The notes beneath the pieces are model-generated. The model was not told the origin of the DNA. It was given only the letters and a program-made list of their open reading frames with translations, and made no database searches. From Glycera tridactyla (Eukaryota): 64,000 bases of DNA. Shown in pieces: positions 35,947 through 48,041 of this stretch; the stretch's first letter is position 1; each line of letters opens with the position of its first letter. A program made the position numbers and the translations under genes. The DNA lies in assembly GCA_965644265.1 (NCBI GenBank), contig OZ286462.1:89962001-90026000 (forward strand). Direction: 5' to 3'.

Positions 35947-38553
35947 CACAATTATATACATCCACTATAAAACAAGCTGGGCAAAGGAGAAACTATAAAA
36001 TCATTCATTTTGAAACTGACTGAGTTTGATTCTTGAGACACAAAGAGACAATATCCTTAAAATTGAGAAGATATCATTTTCAGATATACATATGCTGTAA
36101 CAATTTGATTGATTGATATAGTATGATCTGATGACCTGCCCTACCCATCAGATTATGTTGGGATGGTGTTTTTTTTCAGAAGTAACACACTTGATCAGGT
36201 AATTTTCTGTTGGTTTGGTTTGGTGCAAATTGGTTCTGGGTTATTGTCAATCGACATAAAGCTATATACGCTATATTATGATGCACATGCAATGGGCATG
36301 AGTGAGATAAATCAAAAATCCTCCTCCATGTTCCCCAACAGAACATGGAAATTCATCAGATTCAATGACACTCCATGAAAGAAAGGAATACATTGGGTAC
36401 GAAGAAAACAAAACCAATGTGATCAGTGATGATCTGACAACCTGAAGTCATCTTTTCCTGTTTGATGTTTGCAGCGCCATGGCATCACACTTCCTAGTGT
36501 GGCTAGCTGTAGCACTAGTAGCCTAGAACTACTGTGCTTGGTACCTACATTATGCAATTACAATACTGCTATTCTGTTCATGAATATCTATCATGTAGCA
36601 AAGGATGCGGAGGTCATACAGATCAATGATAACATGAGGATAATATGTATAGGCACAGTTTCTTCTACCTGAGACCATCTTGCAGGAAAAGTAACAAAGA
36701 AGGTCAGAAAAGATATGAAGAGAAAGTAAGCAGTTGTGTTATCTTGGTAGTTATTAGTAATTGCCAGAAGACGAACAAAAGATTTTCTGATGTGTGTTTT
36801 CATTCCAGTGGTTCATGGATCTGAAAATCAAACCTATCTCAAAATCAAATAAAAAAACTGTGGCTCCAACAGTGTCAAACTCACAATAGGAAGCTGTGTC
36901 AAAAAGCCAATAACAACATATTTCAGAGGTTATTCAAGAAAAAACTTGGTGATTCCAAGATAAAACAAACAAAACATTCGGTGATATAGGTTGGACTTAT
37001 GGGAGAGCAAATAGTAAGCAATAAATTATCATTCAAACTTTGACATAACAGATCAACCAATCAAACATTTATGGGAGGAAAAAAGGAAATCTATATAACA
37101 ATGTTTAACAGCAAATCACCTCTAACTGGATTATTTTTCATCACCGTTCACCTGAAATATGACCTTTCCCTCTGACCTCTGATAATCAGAGCTCAACTAT
37201 CCTCATTTATGATATTGAATCTTTACCTTTGACCTCTAGGAGGGATGTGACTGGCTCACAACTCAAACCCTGAAACCCTCAGTCATGTACTTCCTACTAT
37301 GACTCAATCCTACCTCCTGCAAGCTCTATCTCCAGCGATTCCGATCTCTATTTCACAATTAAAAAATCAAGATAATGAGCATAGAAAGTTCATCGGCACC
37401 AACTGTGACCCAAAAAAGATCTCCAGATCCATGGAACAATCACATCCCTTCGGGAAGTTTTCTCGACCGTGGTGTTGATGTGATGTAGAAGATTCACGGT
37501 ACTCACAGCGGTAGTATGAAAGTTATTCAAAAGCTTCAAGGGATGCCTTCTAGCCCCTTTCTTCAACTGAGTCTTAACAACATCACATGACAGATTCCCA
37601 ACAACAATGTCAAACCAAACAATTATGGGTGGCCTATGCTTGCAGTGCCATCATACTTCTCAGTAAATCTTGTTGCAGCCCTGGTCACCCAGACATGGTG
37701 TGCCTAGAACCCGCTTTGTGCATAGTGACAATATCTGCTACAGGCAATTATAATTAAACAGGTAGAAAAACAGGTGATACAATTATGATTGTGAAGAAAA
37801 AAACCTAACGACGAAAGATAGAGAATTTGAAAATAACATTTAATTTGACCGTCACACCAGATACTATAGAGAAATTTGATTTGATTTGATTGTTTGAGGT
37901 TTAACGGCATGTATCAACCCACAGGATTATTTACTATAGAGAAAAAGAGAGAGGGGATGATACACCTAGGCCACATCATCCTCGATGGCAACGTTCAAAA
38001 GTAAATGTCATTTTTACGCTGGTCATGTATCAGCAACCAAGAGAAAGCGGGGGTCAAGCCCAACATAAAATATAACTAAACAAATTGAGGTAGGGACTAG
38101 AAATACATTAGGTCCATAATTGCAATCATAGGCCTACTATATCAAAGTACTGATGCAATGTATACAGCAGTTCTGGTGTGCAATTACTACAATCCAATTT
38201 CCTGGATCAATAAGATTGACATGTAAACTATATGGCACAAGCATGTCACTAACTGAAGCAAACACTCCAAATAATACTGCAATTATATACATATAACAGG
38301 GCTCATAATGTCTCTACATGCATCAACAAAAAATCTTGGCTTCAATATACATATACACACATTTATATTTATATTCTACTGGACTTGTGACCAAGATGAT
38401 TGCCACATCTTGAAATGGAAATTCCATCCTCATTTTGTACCTGAATGTGTTGCTCTGATTACTGACATTTGTCCAGAAAAGAGAATCACTGAATCCTGTG
38501 GACATTGGTACATGATCTTGGACCATCCCCTAGCAAATCTCTGGACATATAAT

Positions 38554-38736
38554 CAGTGATGTCACTGAGATGTCATAGAATTTTCGGAAATGTGAATGAA
38601 TCAAGTGAAATGACCACCACATATTCCCAATAGTATTCCTTCTGAAACTTCCGGTGAGATTTCAGGTAATTTCTCGACTTCAATTTTTCAACCAATTTTC
38701 GGAATTCCGAAAATTTTCGGAAAATTGGTACCACTG
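38554..38736. mobile_element. MITE with CAGTG termini; second copy at 59257-59438
   Basis: CAGTGATG[T/C]CA... / ...GAATTCCGAAAATTTTCGGAAAATTGG[T/C]A[C/T]CACTG shared by both copies; this copy is flanked by TATAAT on both sides. Confidence 0.75.
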
Positions 38737-38979
38737 TATAATCAAGACACTGGAACTTCTATAAGACAGAATTCATGATGCTTAGTGCTGCCATGCTAGC
38801 TCACACTAGAATCGAATGAATACAAAAATGGATAAGCTGCAATATTGGATAGGTGCTATCACATCACAAATGCCATCGAGCTCATGGCCAGCATTCAGAT
38901 ACTGGTGTTTCCTCACATTCTAGCACCACATCCACTATGTGCATGGAATACTCAACTCATGCATCCAGTCTTTCACCTA

Positions 38980-39157
38980 CAGTCAAACTTGTCCTAAGCA
39001 TGAAGTCACGGGACGTGTAAAATGTGTGTGCTCAGAGCAGGTTCATGCTTAGTACAGGTCAGATATAGTGAAAAATACTCTGGTGGGATGACCAGAATCC
39101 TGTTGCTTAGGACAAGTTCTTGCTTAGTACAAGTCTTGCTTAGGACAAGTCTGACTG
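38980..39157. mobile_element. Tc1/mariner (pogo/Tigger-like) MITE
   Basis: TA|CAGTCAAACTTGTCCTAAGCA ... TGCTTAGGACAAGTCTGACTG|TA; TA TSD. Confidence 0.88.
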
Positions 39158-40094
39158 TATGTGTCAAACCATAATGTCAGCCTGGAATACTGGAGCTAAG
39201 AAAGTTACTATATATATAACACATGTAAATAAGTTTTACTAACAACACTTCATCTGCACCGGAAACACTCAGGTTTTGAGCAACTGTGTGAACAACCATG
39301 TTGTATTTTGACAAATTCAAATAACGATTACATTACATTACATTGGTTCCTTCATGTTTGTATCAAGCCATGTTATGGATATAGAATACTGGAGCTAATG
39401 AAGTTAACTCACATTTCAGGTCCTTTATTGAAGGGACAACCCAGAACTCTGGTAAATAACTCATCTCCCAGGCATATACAACTCAACCCTAATTACCCCA
39501 CTTGGTCACAAGTCCAGCCTGACAGCACCATCTGATATCTCTCAATAGTTTCATACAACAGGGATTCATACATTGACTTGGAGAATACATGGATCACAGT
39601 TTACTGCCTCATGCCTGGCAGAGTGTCCAGATGCAGCTAACGCTTGCTAACATTCTGTAATAGAAATCATGATCCCTATTTTCTTTGACAAACTTGAAAT
39701 AAAGAATAATTGGTAGGGTGTATGGTGAAAATTTACTCAATCGCCAAACTGAATTGCCTGCAGGCTTCTGTCTGAAAGCTTGGTTTTGTTTGATTTTCAG
39801 CATCATGAAGCAAGCTCTGTACACATGTATGAATGAAGATGTGTACAACGTCTATCGGCACACAACAAAAAACCCTGGAAACTTCCCCGCTGGCACTTAT
39901 CTACAGTTGGAATGCCCTCTCGTGACACCTGCTCTTCACATTTCATTCATTGCCATCGTTGAAATGTGGGAAACAGATGTCACAAAAAGGCGATCACTTG
40001 GGGTTGTCATTGACCTGAGTGGTATTCAATTGAGATACCTGATTTTGCCTATGGAACTAGTAAAATTTAGCACATATAGTTGATCAATTTACTC

Positions 40095-40097
<3 letters not shown>

Positions 40098-40143
<46 letters not shown>
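40098..40143. repeat. (CA)n microsatellite in PHKA 3' UTR
   Basis: Direct observation. Confidence 0.97.
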
Positions 40144-40144
<1 letters not shown>

Positions 40145-40366
40145 GCTGTTCTCTCACTTTTCGGAGAATGACGAATACAACCAACTTTTTTTGCAAAATG
40201 TGGTGGAAAATACCTTTTCCCTATGACTTAATCCTTATGCAAAATGTAGCATATATGGTACTGGGTTGATGATTATGTCTGGTGGCCTTGCTTCAAATCT
40301 CAAGCTGGAAAGCAACTGCACCCAAACAATACACAGCACAAACTACAGGTGGAGAGTGAGTAGCAC

Positions 40367-40549
40367 TTAGGAAACAATGCAGTCCAAGTTGCCATCTTGC
40401 GTTGTCGGGAAGTGGAGCATTTTCAATGAGGCTTTACATAAGTATGACATCGTTCCGAAACGACCACTCGGTGCAGTATCGTAGAAGTCCAAACTAAGAC
40501 CGGACGCTCCCTTCACACCGTCTTTCAGTGTTGTGTCACCAAGTCTTGT
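40367..40549 (-). CDS. PHKA: Phosphorylase kinase regulatory subunit alpha, last coding exon
   Basis: TTTTAG acceptor; TRLGD...FYDTAPSGRFGTMSYLCKA...DCIVS-stop; matches PHKA 'FYDSAPSGAYGTMTYL'; C-terminal CaaX (CIVS). Confidence 0.95.
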   Translation of the reverse strand, partial: TRLGDTTLKDGVKGASGLSLDFYDTAPSGRFGTMSYLCKASLKMLHFPTTQDGNLDCIVS

Positions 40550-40970
40550 CTAAAACAGAAAGAAATCATCATATTTGGGAGCAACGTCAGCAGGAAATGG
40601 CCGCTAGTCAGCAGGAACTTTACAGTGATGTGATTGCCTCAAGACAGATAATAGAAAAATCTGGATCCATGTTCATTTGTCTCCTCCCTTCCTGCTACAC
40701 GCATCAAAACTATTGAGAAGAATGAAACAAATGCGCCACATAATCCCTGATGGCGTCGCTTCGAAGTGTATGTCCAACTCGCATTGGTGGCTGCCAAAGA
40801 TAAAGAGTCATGGCCGTGACCTCCAACAGGATGAAAAAAATATTTATACAAAAAGTCACTGGACTTCCCCATCCTACCCATTATCCCAGGCAGCTCTGAC
40901 ATCAGTTCCATTGTGTTATCAACCCTGCCAATCTCTTGCTGTATTTGTAGAATACCTGACAGACTCTTAC

Positions 40971-41231
40971 CTGTTCCTCTATGAAGATATCATTGGCCAA
41001 ATGCACAATCTTCTCAATAGGGATGACCTGATTCCAGCTGGTTTTCCCGTCATCATGGAGCACGATGAGACAGAAGACCATCATGGCTTCCACCATCAGC
41101 TGGCGGTATTCAGGCTGTGGGATGCGGTTTAGCATCATCTCCAGTTGCAGAGCAAACTTCATCTCTCCAGCGGTCATCTCCTTGGTGAGAGTGTGAGGTA
41201 GGATGTGACCCTCGATGGAAAGACCGTGACA
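40971..41231 (-). CDS. PHKA: Phosphorylase kinase alpha exon
   Basis: CHGLSIEGHILP...EMTAGEMKFALQLEMMLNRIPQPEYRQLMVEAMMV...IFIEEQ; TTGTAG / GTAAGA, 261 nt. Confidence 0.97.
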
Positions 41232-41713
41232 CTACAAATGGAAGGTTCCATGAATTACTTCTACTGTACAATACATCATCAGTTGCAAGCTGTATCCCTA
41301 AAATGATAAGCAAATCTATAATAAGCAAAGATAGTTAACAAAGTCACTTTTCAAAAATTAACACATCATAATCTAGTGTTAGGAATATTGTACTACTGAA
41401 AGAATATTATTGAAGATTTATTTGATCGAACAAGTGATTATGATCAATGTACAGCCAACACTGGAGGACCAGATTTTGTTAAATGGAGATTATGATTGAC
41501 ATGGCCTTAGTAGTGGGATATCTATAGACAAATATATTCAAGAAAATGATGATCTGGGCATGTTTCTCCATGAGAGATTTGTACCAGATATCAACTCCAA
41601 CTTGATTAAATCATTTTCTGAGCAGATGCTCTCACTATTATCATATGCAATGGACAAATGGAAGAGATGGATGTTAAATTTTAGATGGTTACAATCAAAT
41701 TCGCTATACATAC

Positions 41714-41884
41714 ACGTCCAAGCACTTTCCATATCTCGGGGTAGAAGCCGACTGGGACACGATTGAGAGCTCCGTCAAGGCGTCGGCGTCGTAACCACTG
41801 TCCCTGGCGGTCGGTATCCATGCTCTCTTGTAGATGACCGGCGGCCGTACCATCAAGTTGTAGCGTATTCAACTCATCCACCGT
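41714..41884 (-). CDS. PHKA: Phosphorylase kinase alpha exon
   Basis: TVDELN...[33 protein letters not shown]; TCGTAG / GTATGT, 171 nt. Confidence 0.97.
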
Positions 41885-41911
41885 CTACGAACACCAGATA
41901 ACAACAACATA

Positions 41912-42064
41912 CAGTTTAACCTGTCCTAAGCAGCCACTGTACTAAGCAGCCTGCCACCCTAAGCAGCCTTTTTGAAATTCCCCAATTTTCACACAATAAT
42001 TCACCTGCTCTGAGCAGCCGCTTTTGGTTTCCAGATAGTTGGCTGCTTAGAACTGGTTTGACTG
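41912..42064. mobile_element. Tc1/mariner-type MITE
   Basis: TA|CAGTTTAACCTGTCCTAAGCAGCCA ... TGGCTGCTTAGAACTGGTTTGACTG; internal TAAGCAGCC repeats. Confidence 0.75.
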
Positions 42065-44320
42065 TTTGAACACCCTCACACAACCTACACACATATACCC
42101 ACAGTAGAACCCCTCCTGAGATATCAATGCTGTCATGGAAGGCTTACCCTCTTTCAGGATCTTTTTTTCTTCAACACACTTGTACCCTACAATTTTATCA
42201 TACTGCTTGGAGGAATCTCTCTAATTGCAGAGCTTCAAATTGGTGGAGGGTCAGGCTTTTTGACTCATCAGTTCCTCCTCGTATGGGTCAGCTGCCCCAA
42301 CATTTCTGTCCTTATCAATCATCAATGAATAGTAGATGGCCTATCATACTTCTGATTGATGGGCCACAGAGTCCCACCATTGTGGTAGAAATACAAAGCT
42401 CTGCACTGAGGCCCAATTCTGCATTACACAGGGGGGAGTCTTACCTCCTGGATTCATCAGTAAACCTTGGACTGAACATGATCCCGGCAAGAGCACATTG
42501 TGAGCAAGAACCTAGATAGATGCCATCTGAGTAATTTCAAATATCTCTGACCAGCAATTCCATAGTGGCATAAATGGACGGACATCAGAGCTCTGAGCAG
42601 AACATAGGAGGCAAGAAGGCATGCAGGCCCATGTGGCCCAAGATTCAACTAACTATAAATGCAGGAATTGGACAGAATAGCCATGCTACCAATGTCCAAA
42701 GGCACTTGCAAGTGGTCTGTTTGCAGCTAATGTTCACCAAAGTTTGCTGAAATTTGGTAACAGTAACAGGGTCCAGATTAATGATAAAGATTGCTTGGTA
42801 GGGGATTTGCTGAATGTTTTCTCAGCCCATCAAACTGAGCAGCCTGCAGAAATAGGTGTCCATCATTGTGATATTTTCCATATACTGTATAATCATGATG
42901 AATACGGGGAATCCACGGTCACCAAGGTCTCCTGCTTGACCAAGCAATGTGACTGGCTCAAAATAATTTCTCAAAAATTTCTGTAAACTACATGTACTGT
43001 ATATACTAGCATATAAGTCAAGTTGATTGACCAACATTTGAGCTGAAAACAAGGAGGTAGACTCACATGCGAGACTGACTATTAACAGGTCAAGAAATTC
43101 AGGTCTGATTTTCGTGATTCCTTGCAACCAACTTTCATGGCCAATTTGAGGGACAAGTCTCCATTTATCATCTTCAATATAGCTTATACTATATACATTG
43201 GTACATGGATGGTAACTCAAGGTGAACAATTCCAGAGATTCAGCAATCGGTCCCTAGTGAAATCAAGAAGTACAAAAACTGGAGACTTATCACAAATGAA
43301 TCAGAAATTCTTGTCTACCTGGAAAGCAATGAAAGGTATATTTATAGTATGTAGTGAATGAGCAAATATGAATATATCACAATGATGCGGAAACATGCAG
43401 CAAAATGATTATGAGGGAATCAACAGAAATGAATCGTAACTCTGAGTCAGTCAGTCTTTTTAGGTAAAATCCCAATATATATCATTCTGAGAAGGCTAGC
43501 CATGGATCCCAAACTTTGTTGACTAACACATGTCTGGGTATTCAAGGGCAAAACATCTGACATTCTTGGCATGAAGTGATTTCTTGAGATTACGCCATCT
43601 CCATATCAAAGTGGGGATCAAGAATATTATACAAGTGAAAAGACAAAACCTAAACCCAAACTTTGATAAGGGTTAAGTGCTCTCTGAATGAAACTACCAA
43701 TTTTAGTCATTTTCATCTAATCAGCTAGTTTGGATTGGTTGAGGTATCAATGCAGAGGTATGTTGTGTGTTCCTGATCAATGAAAGCTAGATGTTCTGTC
43801 CCTAGCTGCTATAACTTTCACAAACCCTTAACACAAGGAGGGGGGCAAGCAACCAAAAGAAATTGTTCACACTTCAGTAGGTTCTTTTGTTGGCTTGATC
43901 AGTTGCATGAGGTTCCTTCTAGCACTGAACACACCTGCAACCTCAAATATCTTACACAATGGCACTAAAAGAACCAACTAAAATACTATAAATCTGGTAT
44001 AGAGTTGACACTGGGGATAGCGTGGGTAGGCAACCAAGGGAAATGTCGGCAGCAATGTAGTATATCTAATTTACAACGACATTTCCCCCACCCCTCCAAA
44101 AGATCCACATGTAATAATGATAATGATAATGATAAAATGATTTGCTTGGTTCTGGTTCAATGTCACATCAGCGCCGCATGTGCTACATTGTGTCGCCAAT
44201 GCAATAGTATGATTCCTGCTGGAAGCAAGCCAAAAATAATAAGCATGTATCAAGCAGCTGGTCTATGCATTCAGATATAGTGGCAAGGTATCAGGAGACT
44301 GCATGCATTTGACAAGCCCT

Positions 44321-44765
44321 TGGTATGACCTACAAGCCCTCGGTATGATCTACAAGCCCTCAGTATGACCCAGAAGTCCACAGTATGACCTACAAGCCCT
44401 GAGTATGACCTACACAGCCTGAGTATGACCTACAATCACTCAGTATGATCTACAAGCACACATTTTGACTTACAAGCCCTCTGTATGACCTACAAGCCCT
44501 CAGTTTGAACTACTAGCCCTTGGTATGACCTACAAGCCATCAGTACGACCTACAAGCCCTCAGTATGACCTACGAGCCATCAGTACGACCTACAAAGTAT
44601 GATCTACAAGCCCTCAGTGTGACCTACAAGCCCTCAATTTGACCTACAAGCCCTAAGTATGACCTACAAGCCCTCAGTCTGACTAAAGCCAGTAGTATGA
44701 CCTACAATCCCTCAGTATAACCTACAAGCCGTCGGTATGACCTACAAGCTCTCGGTATGACCTAA
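44321..44765. repeat. 20-bp minisatellite (CAGTATGACCTACAAGCCCT), ~22 copies
   Basis: Direct observation of 20-bp periodicity. Confidence 0.93.
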
Positions 44766-45346
44766 GCGATCTACAGCCATACATGACTTTGAACAGTAGG
44801 CGACTACCAACATATTTGTGAAGAGACAGTCATGAGCATAGAATACAATGAGACAAGCTCCAGATGGGTTTTATAGGCATCTCACCGAGTGGGCATCTGT
44901 ATATACAATCGCCCCAATCCACATAAATAATGTTCACCCATTCATGGACAGCATGTGTGTGATAGGGTAATATTACAGTAAATGGACAAAGAATTTGATT
45001 GTTCTCCTGATCAATTCCATAGAGATAAGAGCACCCAAAAGTACTTTGAAATCAGGCGATAAGCTTTTGAACATCACCATTGCCAGTAAAGTTGAAAATC
45101 ATGAATGCACAGCTTATATGGAATGGAAGCAATAACAGGCTTGGGATCGAAAATGCGTGAAACAAAGGCCAGGCAAAACCGAGATAGAATGTATTGGAGA
45201 GACAGCTAGTGAAAGAAATAGTACTGGAACTCAACCTTTTGAATATAGCCCTAGTTGTGTATGCTTAACAGAATATATGCTCAGATTGAATAAAATGCAA
45301 TTGATACACAAATCATTAAATTTGTAGAAAGTAAGGCTATGCATGA

Positions 45347-45530
45347 TTGGAACAAAGTTTTGAAACAGTCAAGACGTTTCGACCACACTCTACAAGCAAT
45401 CTTGATCACTTGATGGGTCAGTGGTCACAGCTCGCTGCTCAGGTAGAAGGAGCAGGTTGTAGACTGGAGGGAGTGCGTACCCTTGGTCCCTGTTCATCGA
45501 TGGGCTTCTCTGCTTTATGTGGATGGCCTC
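45347..45530 (-). mobile_element. Penelope-like element 3' relic (GIY-YIG C-terminus plus pseudo-LTR)
   Basis: HQDWTLCKVKEAIHIKQRSPSMNRDQGYALPPVYNLLL resembles PLE 'W..R.VKEAIYIR...PSLNRD.G..L...YN.LL'; followed by a hammerhead-like motif. Confidence 0.82.
45369..45413 (-). ncRNA. Minimal type-I hammerhead ribozyme-like motif (PLE-associated)
   Basis: Minus: UCAA-GUGAUCA-A-GAUUGC-(uuguagagu)-GUGGUC-GAAAC-GUC-UUGA; stem I UCAA/UUGA, stem II with G-U pairs, GUC site; core has G3/C8 instead of C3/G8. Confidence 0.5.
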
Positions 45531-46000
45531 CTTGACTTTACATAGAGTCCAGTCCTGATGACTCTGTGAAATCGAGTAACAGTTATACACATATATATAT
45601 GTATCACGTATTCTCTGACAAGCCTGAATTTGCACTCATGTAAAACCCCATGTGACCAGGGAGTATCAAATCTCATTTTTAACTCAATATTGATGTTATT
45701 ACATGGTATATTGGTCAATAATTTTTGTATTATTCACCAGATGATTTTATTCGGATGTGTCATCTGACACCTGCATTTTTCTCTTATCATGCCGTGAGTA
45801 CACCTGAATCCTTGTACCACGGACGCTACTAATCATCTGTACTAACATACTGATGTAATGTTCCGTGGTATTTTTAAATAAATGTCTCTCAATCTCAATC
45901 TCAATCTCAGGATGGTGGTGTTTTCTAGAGATACTGTGGCTGGTTTGTTGGCAATGTTCAACAATGGTGGTTGGGGCGTCCAAGTTTGTGTGCTCTTTAA

Positions 46001-46082
46001 GCGGTGAGCTGTGACCACTGACCCATCAAGACTGCTTGAAGAGTGGTCGAAACCTCTTGACTGTTTCAAAACATTGTTCCAA
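46001..46082 (+). mobile_element. Second, inverted copy of the Penelope pseudo-LTR
   Basis: GAGCTGTGACCACTGACCCATCAAGACTGCTTGAAGAGTGGTCGAAACCTCTTGACTGTTTCAAAACATTGTTCCAA is the reverse complement of 45347-45432 minus the ribozyme core. Confidence 0.85.
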
Positions 46083-47602
46083 AGTAATTGAAAATGATTT
46101 CAACATGAATCATCTTGGAACCAAGAACAATCTATTTGCTACTAAGGCTATGTATATTGTTATGTAAGCTCTCTATGGATTGGCAATTTCATGATGCATT
46201 ATCTGTTTAAAATTCTGCTTCACATGCAATCAATCTTGATTTGCAGGAGAAATCAAATCCAAGTCTGCAACATCTATGGCAATTGCAGCAAGAAAAATTG
46301 GGAAAATTCGGTTAAAAGTTTAATGCTATCATTCCGAGAATCTGCTCTTATTTTCAGAAGAAATCTGCACTCTTTATGTTTACTTCGATTAAAAAGATGA
46401 TGAAGAGGCTCATTCCCAGCTTCCTGATGAAGCCATGTTGAATTTCCCATTTTATAATGAAGACAGCAAATTTTGTCCGACTGCACAATTCAAGTGAAAA
46501 TGGATTGTTCAAAGCCCTGATCTACACTCAAACCAGAATGGGTAGAACATTTCCCAGAAGCAATGATCACAATTTTTGATGGACTGTTCTGCAGAAGTAT
46601 CACTGGTGGGAGAAATTGAGCCAAAAAATGAATAAATGAATGGAATCTGGAATTCAAAAAACTGGTCCATGTTCATCGCACAACTACATATGGTGGTTGT
46701 AAGCTCGGTATCAAGCATGGGGAAAAAGAGATACCAGATCTTCATAGAAATCCAATTCATAACAAAGCAATCGGTTTTTGTCTTGTTAGTTAACATAAGT
46801 AACATCTAGGCAGCACCACGGATGTGCTATATCAAGACATTTCCAAAACTCTTTAGGGAATGACCTCCTCTATTGGCATCACCCTCACAAACTCTAAACA
46901 AAATTGACGGGGGCATTAATAGTCATCATGCAGAAACACTTGTCAGTTCATTCACACCCTGATATCAGTCGTGTTCATAGCACAGGCTGGTGGAACATGA
47001 TTAGTGGTCTTGGGAGACGCAGCAAAGCTGGCGGCGGGTGAAACATCGGCAAATTGGGTGATGGTAGTCACACGCAACAACAGACATGTGAAATACTATA
47101 CCTTTGTAACACCCTAGTAAAACGGGGCTTCTCACAAAGCACATCTATATTACTCTACCAAAATAGCTTTAAAACTGCACCCTGAATAATCCAACTCTTC
47201 ATGCTGGGCAACTCGTTTAAGCTATGATTACAGGTATGATTATCATTATCATTTGGGGCAAAGATTAGACATAATTGTGAGTGATGCAATTTCAGTCTGC
47301 CTAGACTGGTAGATTATAAATTGACACATCGTAACTCTTGTCCTGCCATGCTGAGGGGAGAAATCATAAAATTGGGGCCAGAGGGGAGGAGTCGAGAATC
47401 TGGGGGTGAAGTAATGTACATGGTTTGTTCACAGATTTGTTTTGGTGGAGATGATGTGTGTCCCTGATCTATGAAAACTAGATGCTCTGTCCCTTGCTTG
47501 CATCACTTTCACAAATCCTGAACACAAGATGGTGGGGAACCAAAACAGTTGTCAATTGAATGTAGGTCAAATCATTTGTAGTGCTTCAAATGTAGGGTCC
47601 TG

Positions 47603-47790
47603 ATTGGCTGATATGTAAATCAACAAAAAGAGTAGTTCCTTTGTAAATTCTTCAATTTGAGTTGCAATGGTGAAAGACAACAACAGGAAGCCAATTGGCT
47701 GGTATGTGAATCAACAAGAAAGGTAGTTCCTTTTAAAATTGCTTCAATTTAAATTGCCATGGTGAAAGACAAAGAGAGAAACCAATTGTG
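47603..47790. repeat. 91-bp tandem duplication
   Basis: ATTGGCTG..ATGT.AATCAACAA...ATGGTGAAAGACAA at 47603 and 47694. Confidence 0.85.
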
Positions 47791-47858
47791 CTTCAGGAGA
47801 GCTGAGACATTTCACTCCCTTTGATTTCAGTCTCATGATATGCTTACACCAATCCCAC

Positions 47859-48041
47859 CTGATGAATATCTGCGCCCTCTGATACAGCCATGCTTCCTCT
47901 TATGAAAGAATCATGGTGATTGTAATCATGGCTGGCAATGGTAACTGGGGTGAATGCTGACCATTTCTCACCTACTACCAGATAGCCGCCGGACCAGTTT
48001 TCATCAGCTACCAGATGGCTGCTGCTGGCAAATTTCAGCAC
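47859..48041 (-). CDS. PHKA: Probable PHKA variable-region exon (VLKFASSSHLVADENW...ADIHQ)
   Basis: Phase-0 open 183 nt; ADENW may align with vertebrate PHKA2 ADEQF; several possible donors (AG|GTGAGA internal, CAG|GTGGGA, GT|GTAAGC at 47848). Confidence 0.55.

Larger units (their letters stand above)
33620..36370 (-). mobile_element. Cluster of SINE fragments from two families (S1 at ~33725, 34005, 35375, 36205; S2 at ~33625, 34195, 34995)
   Basis: S1: (GGTT)n-TTAACGTCACGTCAGCACCAT..GCTATATTGTGACGCCCATGCAATGGGCATGGGTGGG; the 34005-34190 copy ends in a tRNA B-box-like GGTCGAAC on minus. S2: TTAACGGCATGTATCAACCC..GGTCAATGAAAGCTAGATGTTCTGTCTCCTGCAGGCATC. Further copies at ~37880, 43735, 44140, 47430, 48060, 50500, 51500. 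Confidence 0.72.

Noticed and set aside
42130-43230. ORFs 42127-42519(+) and 42822-43229(-), and small exon-like segments at ~42445-42511 and ~42150-42190
   Set aside because: No homology recognised and splice phases do not fit the flanking PHKA exons without extra assumptions.
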